From contig OX597842.1 of NCBI GenBank assembly GCA_951406725.2, forward strand, positions 32,736,001 through 32,800,000: DNA of 64,000 nucleotides. The letters are read 5' to 3'. Below are positions 25,830 to 41,114 of this stretch, piece by piece. The position numbers and the translations under genes were made by a program. Each line of letters starts with the position of its first letter. Positions within the stretch are counted from its first letter, which is position 1. A model generated the notes under the pieces. That model was given only the letters and a program-made list of their open reading frames with translations, had not been told where the DNA came from and did no database searches. Source of the stretch: Octopus vulgaris (Eukaryota).

Positions 25830-26050
25830 GCGCAGGAGAGACTTGTAAGAAGCGTTCTTCCCAACCACATGGTTCCGGGTTCAGTCCCACTGTGTGGCAC
25901 CTTGGGCAAGCGTCTTCTACTATAACCTGGGGCCGACCGAAGCCTTGTGAGTGGATTTGGTAGACGGAAACTGAAAGAATATATATATTTGTGTGTCATC
26001 GTGGTGCTCCAGGATGGCCGCAGTCTAATGACTGAAACATGTAAAAGAAC
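25830..26050 (+). mobile_element. SINE family A with internal deletion
   Basis: Head and tail present, middle missing. Confidence 0.85.
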
Positions 26051-26059
26051 AAAAGACAC

Positions 26060-27050
26060 AGAGAGACACACGCTCTCTCTTTCTCTCTCTCCTTCACACT
26101 CACACACACACACAAACACACATACAAGCACACAACACAAACACATACAAGCAAACACACACATACACATATACATACACAACACAAACACACACACATA
26201 TACACATATACATACACAACACAAACACACACACATACACACACATATACACATATACATACCCAACACAAACACACACATATACACACACACACACGCT
26301 CTCTCGCACACACACTCACGCACAAACGCACAATCATACGCACACACACTGACACATGTACATACACATATTCTCTCACAAACACTCACGCGCACACACA
26401 TAAGAACAGACACACACGTACACAGACACGCACACTCTATCTCTATCACAATTACTCACGCACATACACACAAACACACGGACACACACACACACCCTGT
26501 CTCTCACCGACACGCACACACAACCACAGACAAACACACAATAACACACAATAACACACACACACTGACAGACACACACACTCACACGCACTCACACACA
26601 CACGAACACAGACACACTCTCTGTCACAATCACTCACGCACATACACACAAACACACGGGCAAATACACACACACACACACATATACACATACACTCTGT
26701 CTCTCACCGACACGCACACACAACTACAGACAAACACGCAATAACACACACACATTTACAGACACACACTCACAGACACGCACACTCACACACTCACACA
26801 CACGCACACTCACACACACGAACACAGACACACTCTCTATCACAATCACTCACGCACATATACACAAACACACACATACACACACACACACACTGTCTCT
26901 CTCAAAGACACGTACACACAACCACAGACAAACACGCAAACACACACACATTCACAGACACACACTCACAGACACGCACACTCACACACAACACACAGAT
27001 AAACACACACATACACACACACACACATACTCAGACACACAGACACACCC
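26060..27050. repeat. Degenerate CA-rich tract with ~185-bp higher-order blocks
   Basis: CTGTCTCTCACCGACACGCACACA at ~26497 and ~26697; CACAAT.ACTCACGCACATA at ~26447, ~26625, ~26841. Confidence 0.85.
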
Positions 27051-27159
27051 ACATTCAGAGGAAGACAGAAACAAGGTAAGTCTGTCCGTATTCTTAAGAA
27101 AACAAAAATGTGCACAGTTCAGTAAATATAAAAACGATGTGTGTGTGTGAATGGGTGTA

Positions 27160-27217
<58 letters not shown>

Positions 27218-27381
27218 TACACATACACACACTTACACATACAGACACGCACACGCAGACGTATATATATAATCTTATATGCATATAGAGAGATATACTA
27301 ATTGATGCATTGATATACGGAGAGATATGAGGTTAGATATAAATACGATTATAGATACGTTGACATACATATGCTTGTCTG

Positions 27382-27451
<70 letters not shown>

Positions 27452-27640
27452 CATGTTTTCACGATCCCTTGTGATCGAAAACCTAGCCCCCTTTTCTTTT
27501 TTTTTTTCTTCCCCCAAAAGAAAAGCCTTACTTTGTGTTAAAAAGAGTTATAGTTGTATTAAAATACAGTTAGCCTATCTATATATATGGTGCCCCAGCA
27601 TGGCCGCAGCCTTCGGGCTAAAACATTTTTAAGGATTTAA

Positions 27641-27690
<50 letters not shown>

Positions 27691-27714
27691 GTATGTATAT
27701 ATATATATATATAT

Positions 27715-27893
27715 AAGAAATATAGAAGAAAGCAAAGGACCACTGATGCGGTCACAGGAGTGTGACGAAAGAACTCTGGCCGAAATAAGATTGAGATTAA
27801 TGTAAAAAATAAATAACACTGAAGCTAAGTAAAACCAAATGTATAGTGCGTGTGCTTTTATTGGCTAAACTGGCAAAATGCCCATTCCGAAAT

Positions 27894-27900
<7 letters not shown>
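27715..27900 (+). mobile_element. Penelope-like family E fragment with hammerhead-like fold at 27737-27781
   Basis: CCA-CTGATGC-G-GTCAC-AGGAGT-GTGAC-GAAA-G-AA-CTC-TGG; within (TA)n; its 3' end is shared in reverse with 59383-59420. Confidence 0.55.
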
Positions 27901-27937
<37 letters not shown>

Positions 27938-27958
27938 CTTTACTACTCACAAGGGGCT

Positions 27959-28051
<93 letters not shown>

Positions 28052-28628
28052 CTTACATATAGGCAAAATAAAAAGCAGAATTATACATCCATGTCCATAA
28101 TTTATAATCCATTATTTTGCTTACGCACGTTTCCGATGTGCCAGTGTTGCTTAATACAATGATGCGCTAATTCCGCACATTAATCGCTTCTAAAATATCA
28201 ACACTAATCCCTGCCCCTTCATGGCCATCACACTGCGAAGAACATAGCACAACCAACCTGATTGGGTGGATGGGAAAGATTTAGTTGCCGACGACCTGAC
28301 CACGCAGCAGCAGGCGGAACTGGAATCGAAGTTTTACCACTCGTGACATACTTCACAACTGACCTGGCATAACATACATACGTACATAGACACAAACAAA
28401 CAAACACCCACACACACAACAACAACAACAAAAGGTAAAAAGGAAAGGAAAACTATTCCGCCATTTTAACTTTCTCCACGTATAAACTATAATCACTACT
28501 ATATTCCTTCTTTCTTAATTTTTTTATGTTTTTCTTTCTTTCTTACTTCCTTCACTTTATCATTCCTTTTATTCCTTTCTTATACCTTCTTTTCTTTGTT
28601 GGTTTGCGTGTTTGTTTCTTATTTTTCC

Positions 28629-29165
<537 letters not shown>

Positions 29166-29388
29166 GTGACCATGACAAACATCACACACTTTCAATCCTT
29201 ATATAACAGAAAAGAACCCCCCCCCAACCATTATCCCCACCATCTCCGCACAAAACACTCCCTTCACCACCCGCCCCACAACCAGACTCCCCCAAATTCT
29301 TCTATCTCCCTAAAAATCTTTCAACAACGACTTCCTTATATCAACTTATTCCTGTCAAAACGAGCCATTGTTTTCATTACCCAAGACA

Positions 29389-29425
<37 letters not shown>

Positions 29426-29593
29426 GTTGTTGTTATTGTTGTTGTTGTTTTTGTTGTTGTTGTTGTTGTTGTCAACATTGTTTTCGTTGCCATTACCCTC
29501 ATTGTTAACGCCCCCGCCCAAAATTTTTAAATATTACACGGACGAACGGTTAGCACACTCAAGCACCCACCCACACACACTCACACAATCGTG

Positions 29594-29627
<34 letters not shown>

Positions 29628-29879
29628 TATATATATAAATACACATATATCTATATATATCTATTTATATATACATATATTTACATATACATATACCTAT
29701 ACATACATATATATATATGTATATGTATATATACATATATACACACACATGTATATATATGATGGTGACGTTGATAGCGAGAATGTAAACACACAATACA
29801 ATGATAATAATAACGAGTTTTTCATTAGCTATGACAGGAGATGTATAGATATGCACATGTCTGTGTATATATATATATG

Positions 29880-29939
<60 letters not shown>

Positions 29940-29972
29940 TCTGTCTGTGTGTTTGTGTGTTTGTGCGTATAT

Positions 29973-30030
<58 letters not shown>

Positions 30031-30286
30031 ATGCGTATGGATATATAGGTTTGCGTGTTTGTGTACGTGTGGTGCCTAGAAGCCAGGCGCAGCCCCTATG
30101 AAAACAAAGCGACGTAAACCCGGCGCCTTATCTCTCCCCTCGTCTCCTTGATAAGATCCTTTCGGCATGTGATTTTGGTTGATAAAATTACAATATATAT
30201 ATTTACAATATACACGTCTACATTAACACACACACACACAGACACACACACACACACAGATAGATATGCACGTATATGTATGCATG

Positions 30287-30417
30287 GGTGTGGCTGTGTG
30301 ATATGAAGCTTGCATCTTAACCACTTGGTTCCGGGTTCAATCCCACTGCGTGGTACCTTGGTCAAGTGTCTCTCTGCAATAGCCTCGGGCTGACCAAAGC
30401 CTTCTGAGTGGATCTGG

Positions 30418-30418
<1 letters not shown>
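30287..30418 (+). mobile_element. SINE family A head
   Basis: GGTTCCGGGTTCAATCCCACTGCGTGG..ACCAAAGCCTT. Confidence 0.8.
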
Positions 30419-30474
<56 letters not shown>

Positions 30475-30477
30475 TCT

Positions 30478-30693
30478 GTCATTCAAAATGTGACCGCGTG
30501 TGTACCGTTGGCGATTTTTTTTTCCTCTGTCTTCCCTTCTCTGGATCTTTCCTTCTCCTATGTTTCCGACGAAGAGCTCCGCTCGAAACGTTAAACCCTC
30601 CTTCTTTCCTTCTTTCCTGAGCGCCAATAATACTTTATTTGTTCCACGTCCTCGCGTTGTTGTGTTTTTTGTGCTTTCTTGTTTGGATTAACT
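30478..30693 (+). mobile_element. Penelope-like family C element, hammerhead at 30562-30596
   Basis: GTTT-CCGACGA-A-GAGC-TCC-GCTC-GAAA-CGTT-AAAC. Confidence 0.75.
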
Positions 30694-30695
30694 AT

Positions 30696-30781
<86 letters not shown>

Positions 30782-31021
30782 GACCACAACTACCTCGAAC
30801 CGACAAGAGTAAACGAGAAAGACAGAGACAGGCAGAAACAATGAAAATGCCCCTGGTATTTGAACACTATACAAATATTCTTTTAAAAAAACTTTTCTTT
30901 TAAATTTTCTAAATTTAATTATTTAATTGTTACAGTTGAAAATGTCTCAATGAATGAAACCGGTACTGAAATGTTCTTTATAAAATTATTTTAGCATTTT
31001 CTATCTTGAATTGTTTTTCCA

Positions 31022-31226
31022 TGATGATAGATCGTTAGCTCCTACACACATTTTTTCCCTCCTTGTTTCTGTCCTTGTTTCTTTTCTGTGTCCCTTTCTG
31101 TAGAAGAGCGTAGGCTCGAAAAGTAAAAGACTTTTCCTATTTCTATTCCTGAGCGCTATACTAATACAATTGTTTGTTTGTACTCCACCTGTCTTCGTCT
31201 TTTGTTTATTTTCGTAAACTTTCCCG

Positions 31227-31227
<1 letters not shown>
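31022..31227 (+). mobile_element. Penelope-like family D element, hammerhead at ~31094-31128
   Basis: CTTT-CTGTAGA-A-GAGC-GTAG-GCTC-GAAA-AGTA-AAAG; 3' end runs into (TA)n. Confidence 0.7.
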
Positions 31228-31275
<48 letters not shown>

Positions 31276-31371
31276 TATATATGTATATATGTATACATAT
31301 ATATGTATATATATATATATGTATATATACATATATATGCATATATACGTATATACATATATATGTAAATA

Positions 31372-31583
<212 letters not shown>

Positions 31584-31958
31584 TATACACGTTTTCCTTC
31601 ATTGCACACGACTTCAGGTTTGTTGGGCATGGAAACCGGACGCAAATATTTTCGCATATTTTTTGAGCTTGTCTTTCGCCATAACGGACAGAAAGCCAGA
31701 CTGATTGATATTTAAGCGGGTAATTTGTGACTTCGTTACGGCGTAGCGATACTAATGACTAGTTTTTAGCTCACGATGTACTTATGGTTTCGAATAAGCA
31801 ACGACTGAGTAGAGAACGTAACAGATTGTTTGGTAACTATAAATGAAGTGAGTGAAGAAAATTAGGAATACATATATAATATATACAGGGAGATATTTCG
31901 TGAATTGAGAGACGTTTTTTACAAACAAATACATCCATCGAGATAGATAGATAGACAG

Positions 31959-32066
31959 ACATTTAAACACATAAGAGATGACCATAATAGGACATCTGAC
32001 CCACTAGAAAGAGCAGTTAAATGCCAAACATGTCCTATTATGGTCATCTCTTATGTGTTTAAATGT
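31959..32066. other. Perfect 37-bp inverted repeat with 34-nt loop
   Basis: ACATTTAAACACATAAGAGATGACCATAATAGGACAT (31959-31995) is the exact reverse complement of 32030-32066. Confidence 0.9.
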
Positions 32067-32245
32067 ACATTGTATTTTTCTATGAATAATCCATAGTCTA
32101 TTGACTAATTTTCCCTTCTCGCTAGACCACTGGTGCTGTTTTACTCAGAGACGGTGCCCAAAGGACCCTACTACACTGTGTAGTCGACAAAATCAAGAAG
32201 GAACCATGCACATACATAAAATAAAAAAAATACCCATCGCACCGT

Positions 32246-32691
<446 letters not shown>

Positions 32692-32755
32692 TACATATAT
32701 TTATATTTCTTCTCACACACACACACACATACATGTATAAACACAAAGACATAGA

Positions 32756-32800
<45 letters not shown>

Positions 32801-32907
32801 CATATGCCCCCCTTTGTCCAATCGGTTTTATTCAGTAATGAATTGGAATCTTGAAACATGACAAATAAATATTGGTTTGATCGATTAGGCAGTGAAAGAG
32901 AGAGAGA

Positions 32908-32953
<46 letters not shown>

Positions 32954-33039
32954 AATCTGAGTGAGAGAGCGACGTAAGATGAGAGAGGGAGAAAGTGTGA
33001 AAGAGGGGGAAACGTAGAGGAATAAGAAGACGAATATGA

Positions 33040-33760
33040 AAGAAGTGGGAGAAGGCGGAGACGGAAAATTTTGAGAAGGAAAAGAAGGAAGATTAAGGAA
33101 AAGGTGAAGGAGGAGAAGGAAGAGGAAAAGAATTGTAAAAGAAAAGGAAGAGAAAAAGAGGTGGAAGGAGATGAAGGAAAAGAATAGGAAGAAGATGAAG
33201 GGGAAGAAGGTGAAAAAGAGAAAAAGAATTATAGAAAAAGAAGATGGAGATGATTAAGAAGAAAAGAAGGGAAGAAAACGAATGAGAAAAGGAAGAAAGT
33301 AGAAGAAGAAGAAAAAGAAGAAGAAGAAGAAGAAGAAGAAGAAGAAGAAGAAGAAGAAGAAGAAGCAGCAGCAGCAGAAGAAGATGATGATGAGGATGAA
33401 TAGGACGAAGAAGAAGAAGAAGGGGAAAAAGAATGAGAAAAAGAAGAAGAAAAATAATAATGAAGAAGAAGAAGCTGAAAAAGATGACGAAGAAGAAAAG
33501 AAGGTGAAAAAGAAGAAGAAGAAGAAAAAGAAAAAGAAAAAGAAGAAGAAGAAGAAGAAGATGAAGAAGAAGAAAAATTAGAAGAAGAAGAGAGGAAGAA
33601 GAAAGAGAAAGAAGGAGAATAATAACAAGAAGAAAAAGAATGGGAAAGAGAAGGAAGAGTAGAAGAAGATGAAGGTGAAGAAAATTAATGAGAAGAAGAA
33701 GAAGACGCGATAAAGAAGAAGAAAATAAAGAAGGAATAACAAAAACCAAGATGAAGGATT
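33040..33760. repeat. Purine-rich (GAA)n degenerate tract
   Basis: Direct reading. Confidence 0.9.
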
Positions 33761-34123
33761 GTCGTCCAATCAGGTGGAGTGATTGCTTATGCGGTTAATG
33801 AAGCTTATAGAACGACGAATCAAGTGAAAGGCATTGATTTCTTTTGTTCGGGTTCAAATCCATTCGAGGGACTGGGTTTGGTTGGCCAGGTTTAGCGTTT
33901 TAATTATTCCTTTTTTCTTCTTCTTCTCTCTCTTTTAAAAAATAAAATTTTAATTGTTTTAGGAGTTTAGTTTTATTTTATTTCATTTTATTTTATTTTT
34001 TGTTTTTGTTTTCTTTTCCTAATTTAGTTTCTGGCATAGTATTTTCGTTTTTTTAAAATTTGGTGTTTAGTTTGTGTGTGAGAGATTTAATGGAGAAGCG
34101 GGGGGGGGGGGGGCAGAGGAAAT

Positions 34124-34710
<587 letters not shown>

Positions 34711-35002
34711 CTTCACATATACACATATACATACATACATAGATACATACATATATATATATATATATATACACACATACATACATAGATACATATATAT
34801 ATCTATATATATATATAGATAAATATATATACACGTACATATATATACATCTATATATATAATGTACATAACCCATTTTTTATGTGTATATATATATATT
34901 CTTTTACTAAAGCTGAACACACGCACGCATATATACATATATATCTATATATATATATGCGTAAAAATCTGTTATGTGGGCATCAAGCTTTATGTGTATG
35001 TG

Positions 35003-35120
<118 letters not shown>

Positions 35121-35261
35121 ATGTATGTATGTACGTATGTTTATAAACATTTATATACACATACACACACTTATAGGCGTATATACCCAAGTGTATGTCT
35201 CTATGTGTGCATACGTACGTTTGAATGTGCGCATCTATCTATCTATACTTTTATATACACA

Positions 35262-35306
<45 letters not shown>

Positions 35307-35433
35307 ACATATGTACATTTGGAATTGACAAAACACGATTGTCTCCTCCAAAGAAAAAAAAAATGTACCGAACTAAAACGAAATTCTTTTAAAACGAAAC
35401 GCGCATACACACAAGCACACACTGACCCAGAGC

Positions 35434-35470
<37 letters not shown>

Positions 35471-35659
35471 ATACACACACATATACACACACATTCATAT
35501 AAACAAACACACGCAATCACACACAGATAAGTGAAAAAAAAAAAACCTTAAGCAAACAAACCTAAAAACGCACCAAAATCTTTAATCAATTAATCACGTG
35601 ACTCACAAATCGATCTAATTTTGATTGCTTTCTCTCTTATTGTAAGTTCTGCCAGTATT

Positions 35660-35698
35660 TGTTTTTGCTATTGTTGTTGTTGTTGTTGCTTTTATTAC

Positions 35699-35752
<54 letters not shown>

Positions 35753-35801
35753 CATTATTATTATTATTATTATCATTATTATTATTATTATTATTATTAT
35801 A

Positions 35802-35842
<41 letters not shown>

Positions 35843-35865
35843 TATTATTATTATTATTATTATTA

Positions 35866-35902
<37 letters not shown>

Positions 35903-35905
35903 CTT
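35660..35905. repeat. (TTA)n microsatellite
   Basis: Direct reading. Confidence 0.95.
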
Positions 35906-36267
35906 TATCATATGCATGTAGGTTTGTGTCGTCCGTTTAGTTGTAGTCTGGCAATTATTGATGCTTGTGGTTGTTGTCGCTGTTGTAGTTGTTGTTGCTG
36001 ATGCTGCTGCTGTTGCGGTTGTTTTTGTAGGTTGTTGTAATCAACCAGAGATGAAGATTGATGTACGTATTGCAGTTTTTTTGTTTTTGGTTGTTTGATT
36101 CTTTTTGTTTTCTTTTGTTTTGTTTTAAATTGTAGTTGTTGTTGTTGTTGTTTATTTGGTTTGCGGCAGAAACAAAAGATTAAATTGACTGGACTAAAAC
36201 AAAATAGTTTTGCTGTTGTTCTCCTGGTTGTTGCCATCGCTGGAAAGAATGACTAAACGGCATGAGT

Positions 36268-36350
36268 TATAATGATAATAATAATAATAATAATAATAAT
36301 GATAATAATAATAATAATAATGATAATAATAATAATAATAAGAATAATAA

Positions 36351-36407
<57 letters not shown>

Positions 36408-36574
36408 TAATAATGGCCTACCAATGTATACTATGAGTTTCTTTGCCCTAGGAGTCGGGAAGACACTCGGCAAGAAATGGAAGCAAATTTGAAAGAAGAA
36501 AAAGAAAAAAAATAATAATAATAATAACAATGATAATAATAATGATAATGATAATAATAATGATAATGATAATA

Positions 36575-36605
<31 letters not shown>

Positions 36606-36641
36606 TAATAATGATAATAATAATAATTAATAATAATAATG

Positions 36642-36690
<49 letters not shown>
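36268..36690. repeat. (TAA)n microsatellite hosting R4/Dong insertions
   Basis: Direct reading; interrupted by a short 3'-UTR-like insert at 36414-36495. Confidence 0.95.
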
Positions 36691-36691
<1 letters not shown>

Positions 36692-37438
36692 GTTCTCCGA
36701 AACGGTACTGACCCTAAATGCAGATTCTGCGACACATTTGACGAAACGATAGACCATCTCGTTTCGGGATGTCCTGTGCTGACACCAAACGAATACAAAA
36801 ATCGCCACGATAGGGTAGGACAGTATATACATTGGAAGATATGTAAACACTACAAATCCGACACTCCTGCTAACTGGTATGAACACCATCCTCAGCCAGT
36901 TGTTGAAGGTAAAGATGTCACCATCCTCTGGGATTTTCCAGTCAACACTGACAGAACGATCAAGGCTAATCGACCAGACATAATTGTTAAAGACAGGGAA
37001 GAAAATACCTGCAGACTAATAGAAGTAAGCGTCCCCACTGATAAAAATGTATCTGTCAAGGAATTTGACAAACTTAGTAAATATAAGGACCTGGAAATCG
37101 AAATACAGAGGATGTGGAATCTTAAAACAAAAACTGTTCCTGTTATTGTAGGTGCCCTAGGTATGATAAAAAAGGGATGTCAGAAACACCTAGACAATAT
37201 CCCTGGAAAACCATGTCTCAAGGAAATCCAAAAGATTTTGCTAACAAGTACTGCCCACATCCTTAGAAAAACCCTATCAATGTAAATGTCTGTGTTTGCA
37301 TTACATGGAGATATATCTCTACTTCCCCTCCCCAAGCTTTCAGCTATATTTCAACAACTCTTAACCTTCACTTGCCCTAGGGCGCTGGGTGTGCCCCAGC
37401 AGGTGATTGCATCAAACATGCAGATAAAATGTAAATGA
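36691..37438 (+). mobile_element. 5'-truncated R4/Dong-clade non-LTR retrotransposon: CCHC zinc knuckle, restriction-like endonuclease, 3' UTR (ORF stop at 37285)
   Basis: CRFC..ETIDHLVSGC..YKNRHDRV..ILWD..NRPDIIVKD..LIEVSVP..KLSKYKDL..VIVGALG motifs; frame open; (TAA)n on both sides. Confidence 0.92.
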
Positions 37439-37443
37439 CAATG

Positions 37444-37488
<45 letters not shown>

Positions 37489-37511
37489 TTGATAATAATA
37501 ATAATAATAAT

Positions 37512-37745
37512 GTTTTATTTATTGGCCACAAGGGCCGAACACAAAACACATAGAGACAGTACAACACAAGGAACGAGAGGAGTTTAATACAAAGTCGTGT
37601 AAGAAAAATAGAGTTAACAATAACAAGAATAAAATTAATAAAATTACCCCCTAATAGGGAGGAGTTTATCTCAGGGACAACCGAGGAAACCCCACACATC
37701 CTACTGATTCCAACCACCAGGTGTACCTCAACAGGTGCCCCTTTC
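37512..37745 (-). mobile_element. Probable 3' end of another retroelement (unassigned)
   Basis: Minus strand ends ..GTGGCCAATAAATAAAAC into (TTA)n; family not recognised. Confidence 0.4.
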
Positions 37746-37769
37746 CTTCACAACTCCAGCGGTTCACGA

Positions 37770-38567
37770 GCGAATGTCCAGAGGCAGGAGTTTTAGCCTG
37801 GGTTTTCATACGCGTAGCTTTTTCTGTTCTTGTCTCCACTATGTCTAATTCTGGAATGTGTTGTATTCGGCATTCATTTAGATATTCCTTTGCCTGTTTT
37901 GTTACTGAGTATGATGCTTTCTTGTTTTTCAGATAGATGTCTACGCCGATTGTGGCAATCTTCATTGTTAATTCCTGGTGCAAAATTCCACCGTCACCCT
38001 CTTTTCTTGCCTGGTAAAGTCGTTCTATATCTGCCTTAGGGTGGTGCATTCTATGCATTGCCAACAATCTTCGTATTTTCTGTCAAGATTACATATTTCT
38101 GTAATTGACCAGTTAATGATATTGAAACTGTAGCTCACAACTTTTATGGCTAAAGTATTGATCGCTTCTATCCTGTTTCTTGCATTCAGCTCTGTCTTGA
38201 GTATTGCCCTTACCCTGCGATAACATTTTCTTCTGATCCTTTCCCTCAACACTGAATGCTTGATTCCGTCTCCTTCAAATACCCCTAGGTATTTGTAGCT
38301 CTCCGCTGATTCTAACTCCTTTATGGCATTCTGCTGGTCAATATTAACGTTAGATGTCTCTGTAATTTTTCCTTTCGTAAATGTAACTTTTGCACATTTA
38401 TCGAGGCCAAATTGCATTCTGATGTCATCACTTAATTGTTTAACAATTGTTAGTAAGTCCTGTAGTTGTTGGTCATTTTTTGCAAAGAGTTTTAAATCAT
38501 CCATATAAATGAGATGATTTAATTTTTATCAAACATTTTATAACCGTATTGTACATCATCGAGTAAC
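37770..38567 (-). pseudogene. R4/Dong-clade reverse transcriptase fragment, frameshifted
   Basis: HLIYMDDLKLFAK..MQFGLDKCA..YKYLG..ELNARNRIEAINTLAI..YSFNIINW..LDRK; frameshift to HHPKADIERLY.ARKEG.GG. Confidence 0.92.
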
Positions 38568-38574
38568 TTTACCT

Positions 38575-38922
38575 TCAGGTCGAGTAGCCTATTCTGCTCA
38601 AAAGGTCCCTGAATAAGGGATGTTTAAGGATGTTGAAAGAACCACCCATGTTTCCAGAGGTGAATTATTCAAACCCCAAAGAATCCCTCTCAACACATGG
38701 CTGTGATGCTCCCCCACTACTTCTGCTCGTGATCAGAGATGCACATATCGTCAGCCACTAAGGGACATGCTCAACTGGTTAAGGTCAAACAACTGACAAG
38801 CAAATCTGTGGTATTGAGCAGAATATTTGCTGTAGCCCATCTTTTATACCAAGACAAAACAATGTACATGATAACACTTCCAATCAGTTAAGATCAGAAG
38901 CCATGAGAGCCGCTGCCTGGTT
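38575..38922. mobile_element. Unassigned interspersed-repeat-like segment abutting the Dong RT fragment
   Basis: Non-simple sequence joined sharply to the truncated RT; single copy here, family not established. Confidence 0.25.
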
Positions 38923-38940
38923 ATTGTATATGTATATATA

Positions 38941-39010
38941 GCTACGGCTGTACATATTCTAAAATTGCAACGATACAGAGAAGATTACGCAAATTCGTGA
39001 AGCGTTCCAT
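38941..39010 (+). pseudogene. U6: U6 snRNA pseudogene with a ~25-nt internal deletion
   Basis: GCT.CGGC.G.ACATAT.CTAAAATTG.AACGATACAGAGAAGATTA / CGCAAATTCGTGAAGCGTTCCAT matches metazoan U6; GCATGGCCCCTGCGCAAGGATGACA is missing; no terminal T-run. Confidence 0.9.
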
Positions 39011-39142
39011 GAGTTCTTTTCAAGGCGAAGCTCCAGCAGGGCTGCAGTCAAATGATTGAAGCAAGTAAGAGAATGAAATAATAGAAGAATAATATACACA
39101 TATATAAATATGTATATATATATATATATAAAACATATACTT

Positions 39143-39328
39143 ATGATAGATCGTTAGCCACTACACACATTTTTTTCTCTCCTTGTTTTTCCTGTGTATC
39201 TTTCTGTAGAAGAGCGTAGGCTCGAAACATAAAATACTTTTTCTATTCCTGAGCGTTATACTAATACATTTGTTTGTTTTCTAAACCACCTGTCTTCGTC
39301 TTTTGTTTTTTTCGTAAACCCACCCTTT
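39143..39328 (+). mobile_element. Penelope-like family D element, hammerhead at ~39200-39234
   Basis: TTT-CTGTAGA-A-GAGC-GTAG-GCTC-GAAA-CATA-AAA. Confidence 0.7.
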
Positions 39329-39564
39329 ATATATATACAGAGATAAAGAGAGATAGAGAGAGAAAGAGAGAGAACGACAGGGACAGTGAGTACAGAGAAG
39401 AGAGAGAAAGAGAGAGAGGTGGAAGAGAGAAAGAGAAAATGAGGGAGAAATAAATGAACAGTAATGTGGTTTAAAATTGTACCTAGCCATTTCTGGCGTC
39501 CTACGCGCATATATGCCTAGATTCTTAATGAGTCCTATAACTAATCAATGTATGAAGACAGAGA

Positions 39565-39604
<40 letters not shown>

Positions 39605-39634
39605 CTTTTATATAGGCATGTATATAAAGATATC

Positions 39635-39696
<62 letters not shown>

Positions 39697-40164
39697 TACA
39701 CACACAAGCCCATACACGTATACGTATACACATACACAAACGCATACATACCAATATCTACAAAAACATCCGCTAGACACCTTTACCGAATAATTTTGCT
39801 TCTAATAAATCTAATTTAAGTACAAAAGAATACCGACAGCTTAACATCCCCCCTGGGGCGACGAAATATCAGCCTCATTGATAATTTAGAGTTTGCTAGC
39901 GACCATCTTCGCTATATAGGTTATGGCCGACGGCCAATGCACTCCCTAACTCTCGTTGTGTTTCAATGGCGGCTGGTCTAGCTCGGGGCGAACTAGCGTT
40001 CATATGATGTAGGTAATGGATGCTATTTGTGGTTCTTGGACGTTTTCGGAATTAGTAGAATAGATACGTTCGCGTGTGTGTGTGTGAGTGTGTGTGTGTA
40101 TGTGTGTGTGTGTGTGAGTGTATCTATATGTATGTATGTATCTTTCTCTCTCTCTCATTCTGTA

Positions 40165-40224
<60 letters not shown>

Positions 40225-40458
40225 TAGATAGATAGATAGATAGATTGATTGATTGAAAGAGAGATAGATAAACATATAGGTAAAATTATATCTACAAATG
40301 AACATATATATATATATATATATACACGCACACACATATATATGCATATATGTATGTGTGTATGTACATATATGTATATAGGTACAGATATACATAAATG
40401 TATAAAAATTTTATTTATATATATCAATATAAATGTGTATAGACATATATGTATACAT

Positions 40459-40504
<46 letters not shown>

Positions 40505-40596
40505 GTAAATTTGTATCTATATATGTGTGTGCATGTATATATAGAGAGGTATAAATCTATTTTATATACTACTACTCTATGTATATATATATACAT

Positions 40597-40643
<47 letters not shown>

Positions 40644-40785
40644 TATGTAATTCGGTATATACACACATATATATATATACATACCGAGTATGCATTTTTA
40701 TATCGTTGTATGTATGTATATATATATATACATATATATTTATGTCTTTAAAGGTATGTGTATATATATATATATATATGTTTGT

Positions 40786-40841
<56 letters not shown>

Positions 40842-41114
40842 TCTCTCCTATTTTCCATTATCCCAAGTCTTCCCGTAATGAAAGAGCTGGTGTCTATTAA
40901 TAACAAAGTTACAAATCTCCATCGTTATAATGTAAATAACAGAAAGAAGAAAAAAGAGAAAAACTGGTACATTTTCAATTTTAGAAAAGGCTTGCATATC
41001 TTTACTTTGCCACTTAGAGATTGTAATTATAATATGCAAATTCGGTGGATGGTTTCATTTTCGTGAAGCCTGCGTTATGCAGATTCTCACCGTGGAAGTT
41101 ATTCACAGAATATG

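Noticed and set aside
27048-27090. Possible 17-nt micro-exon ending in AAG|GTAAGT
   Set aside because: Perfect donor but no polypyrimidine tract or partner exons; expected by chance in 64 kb.
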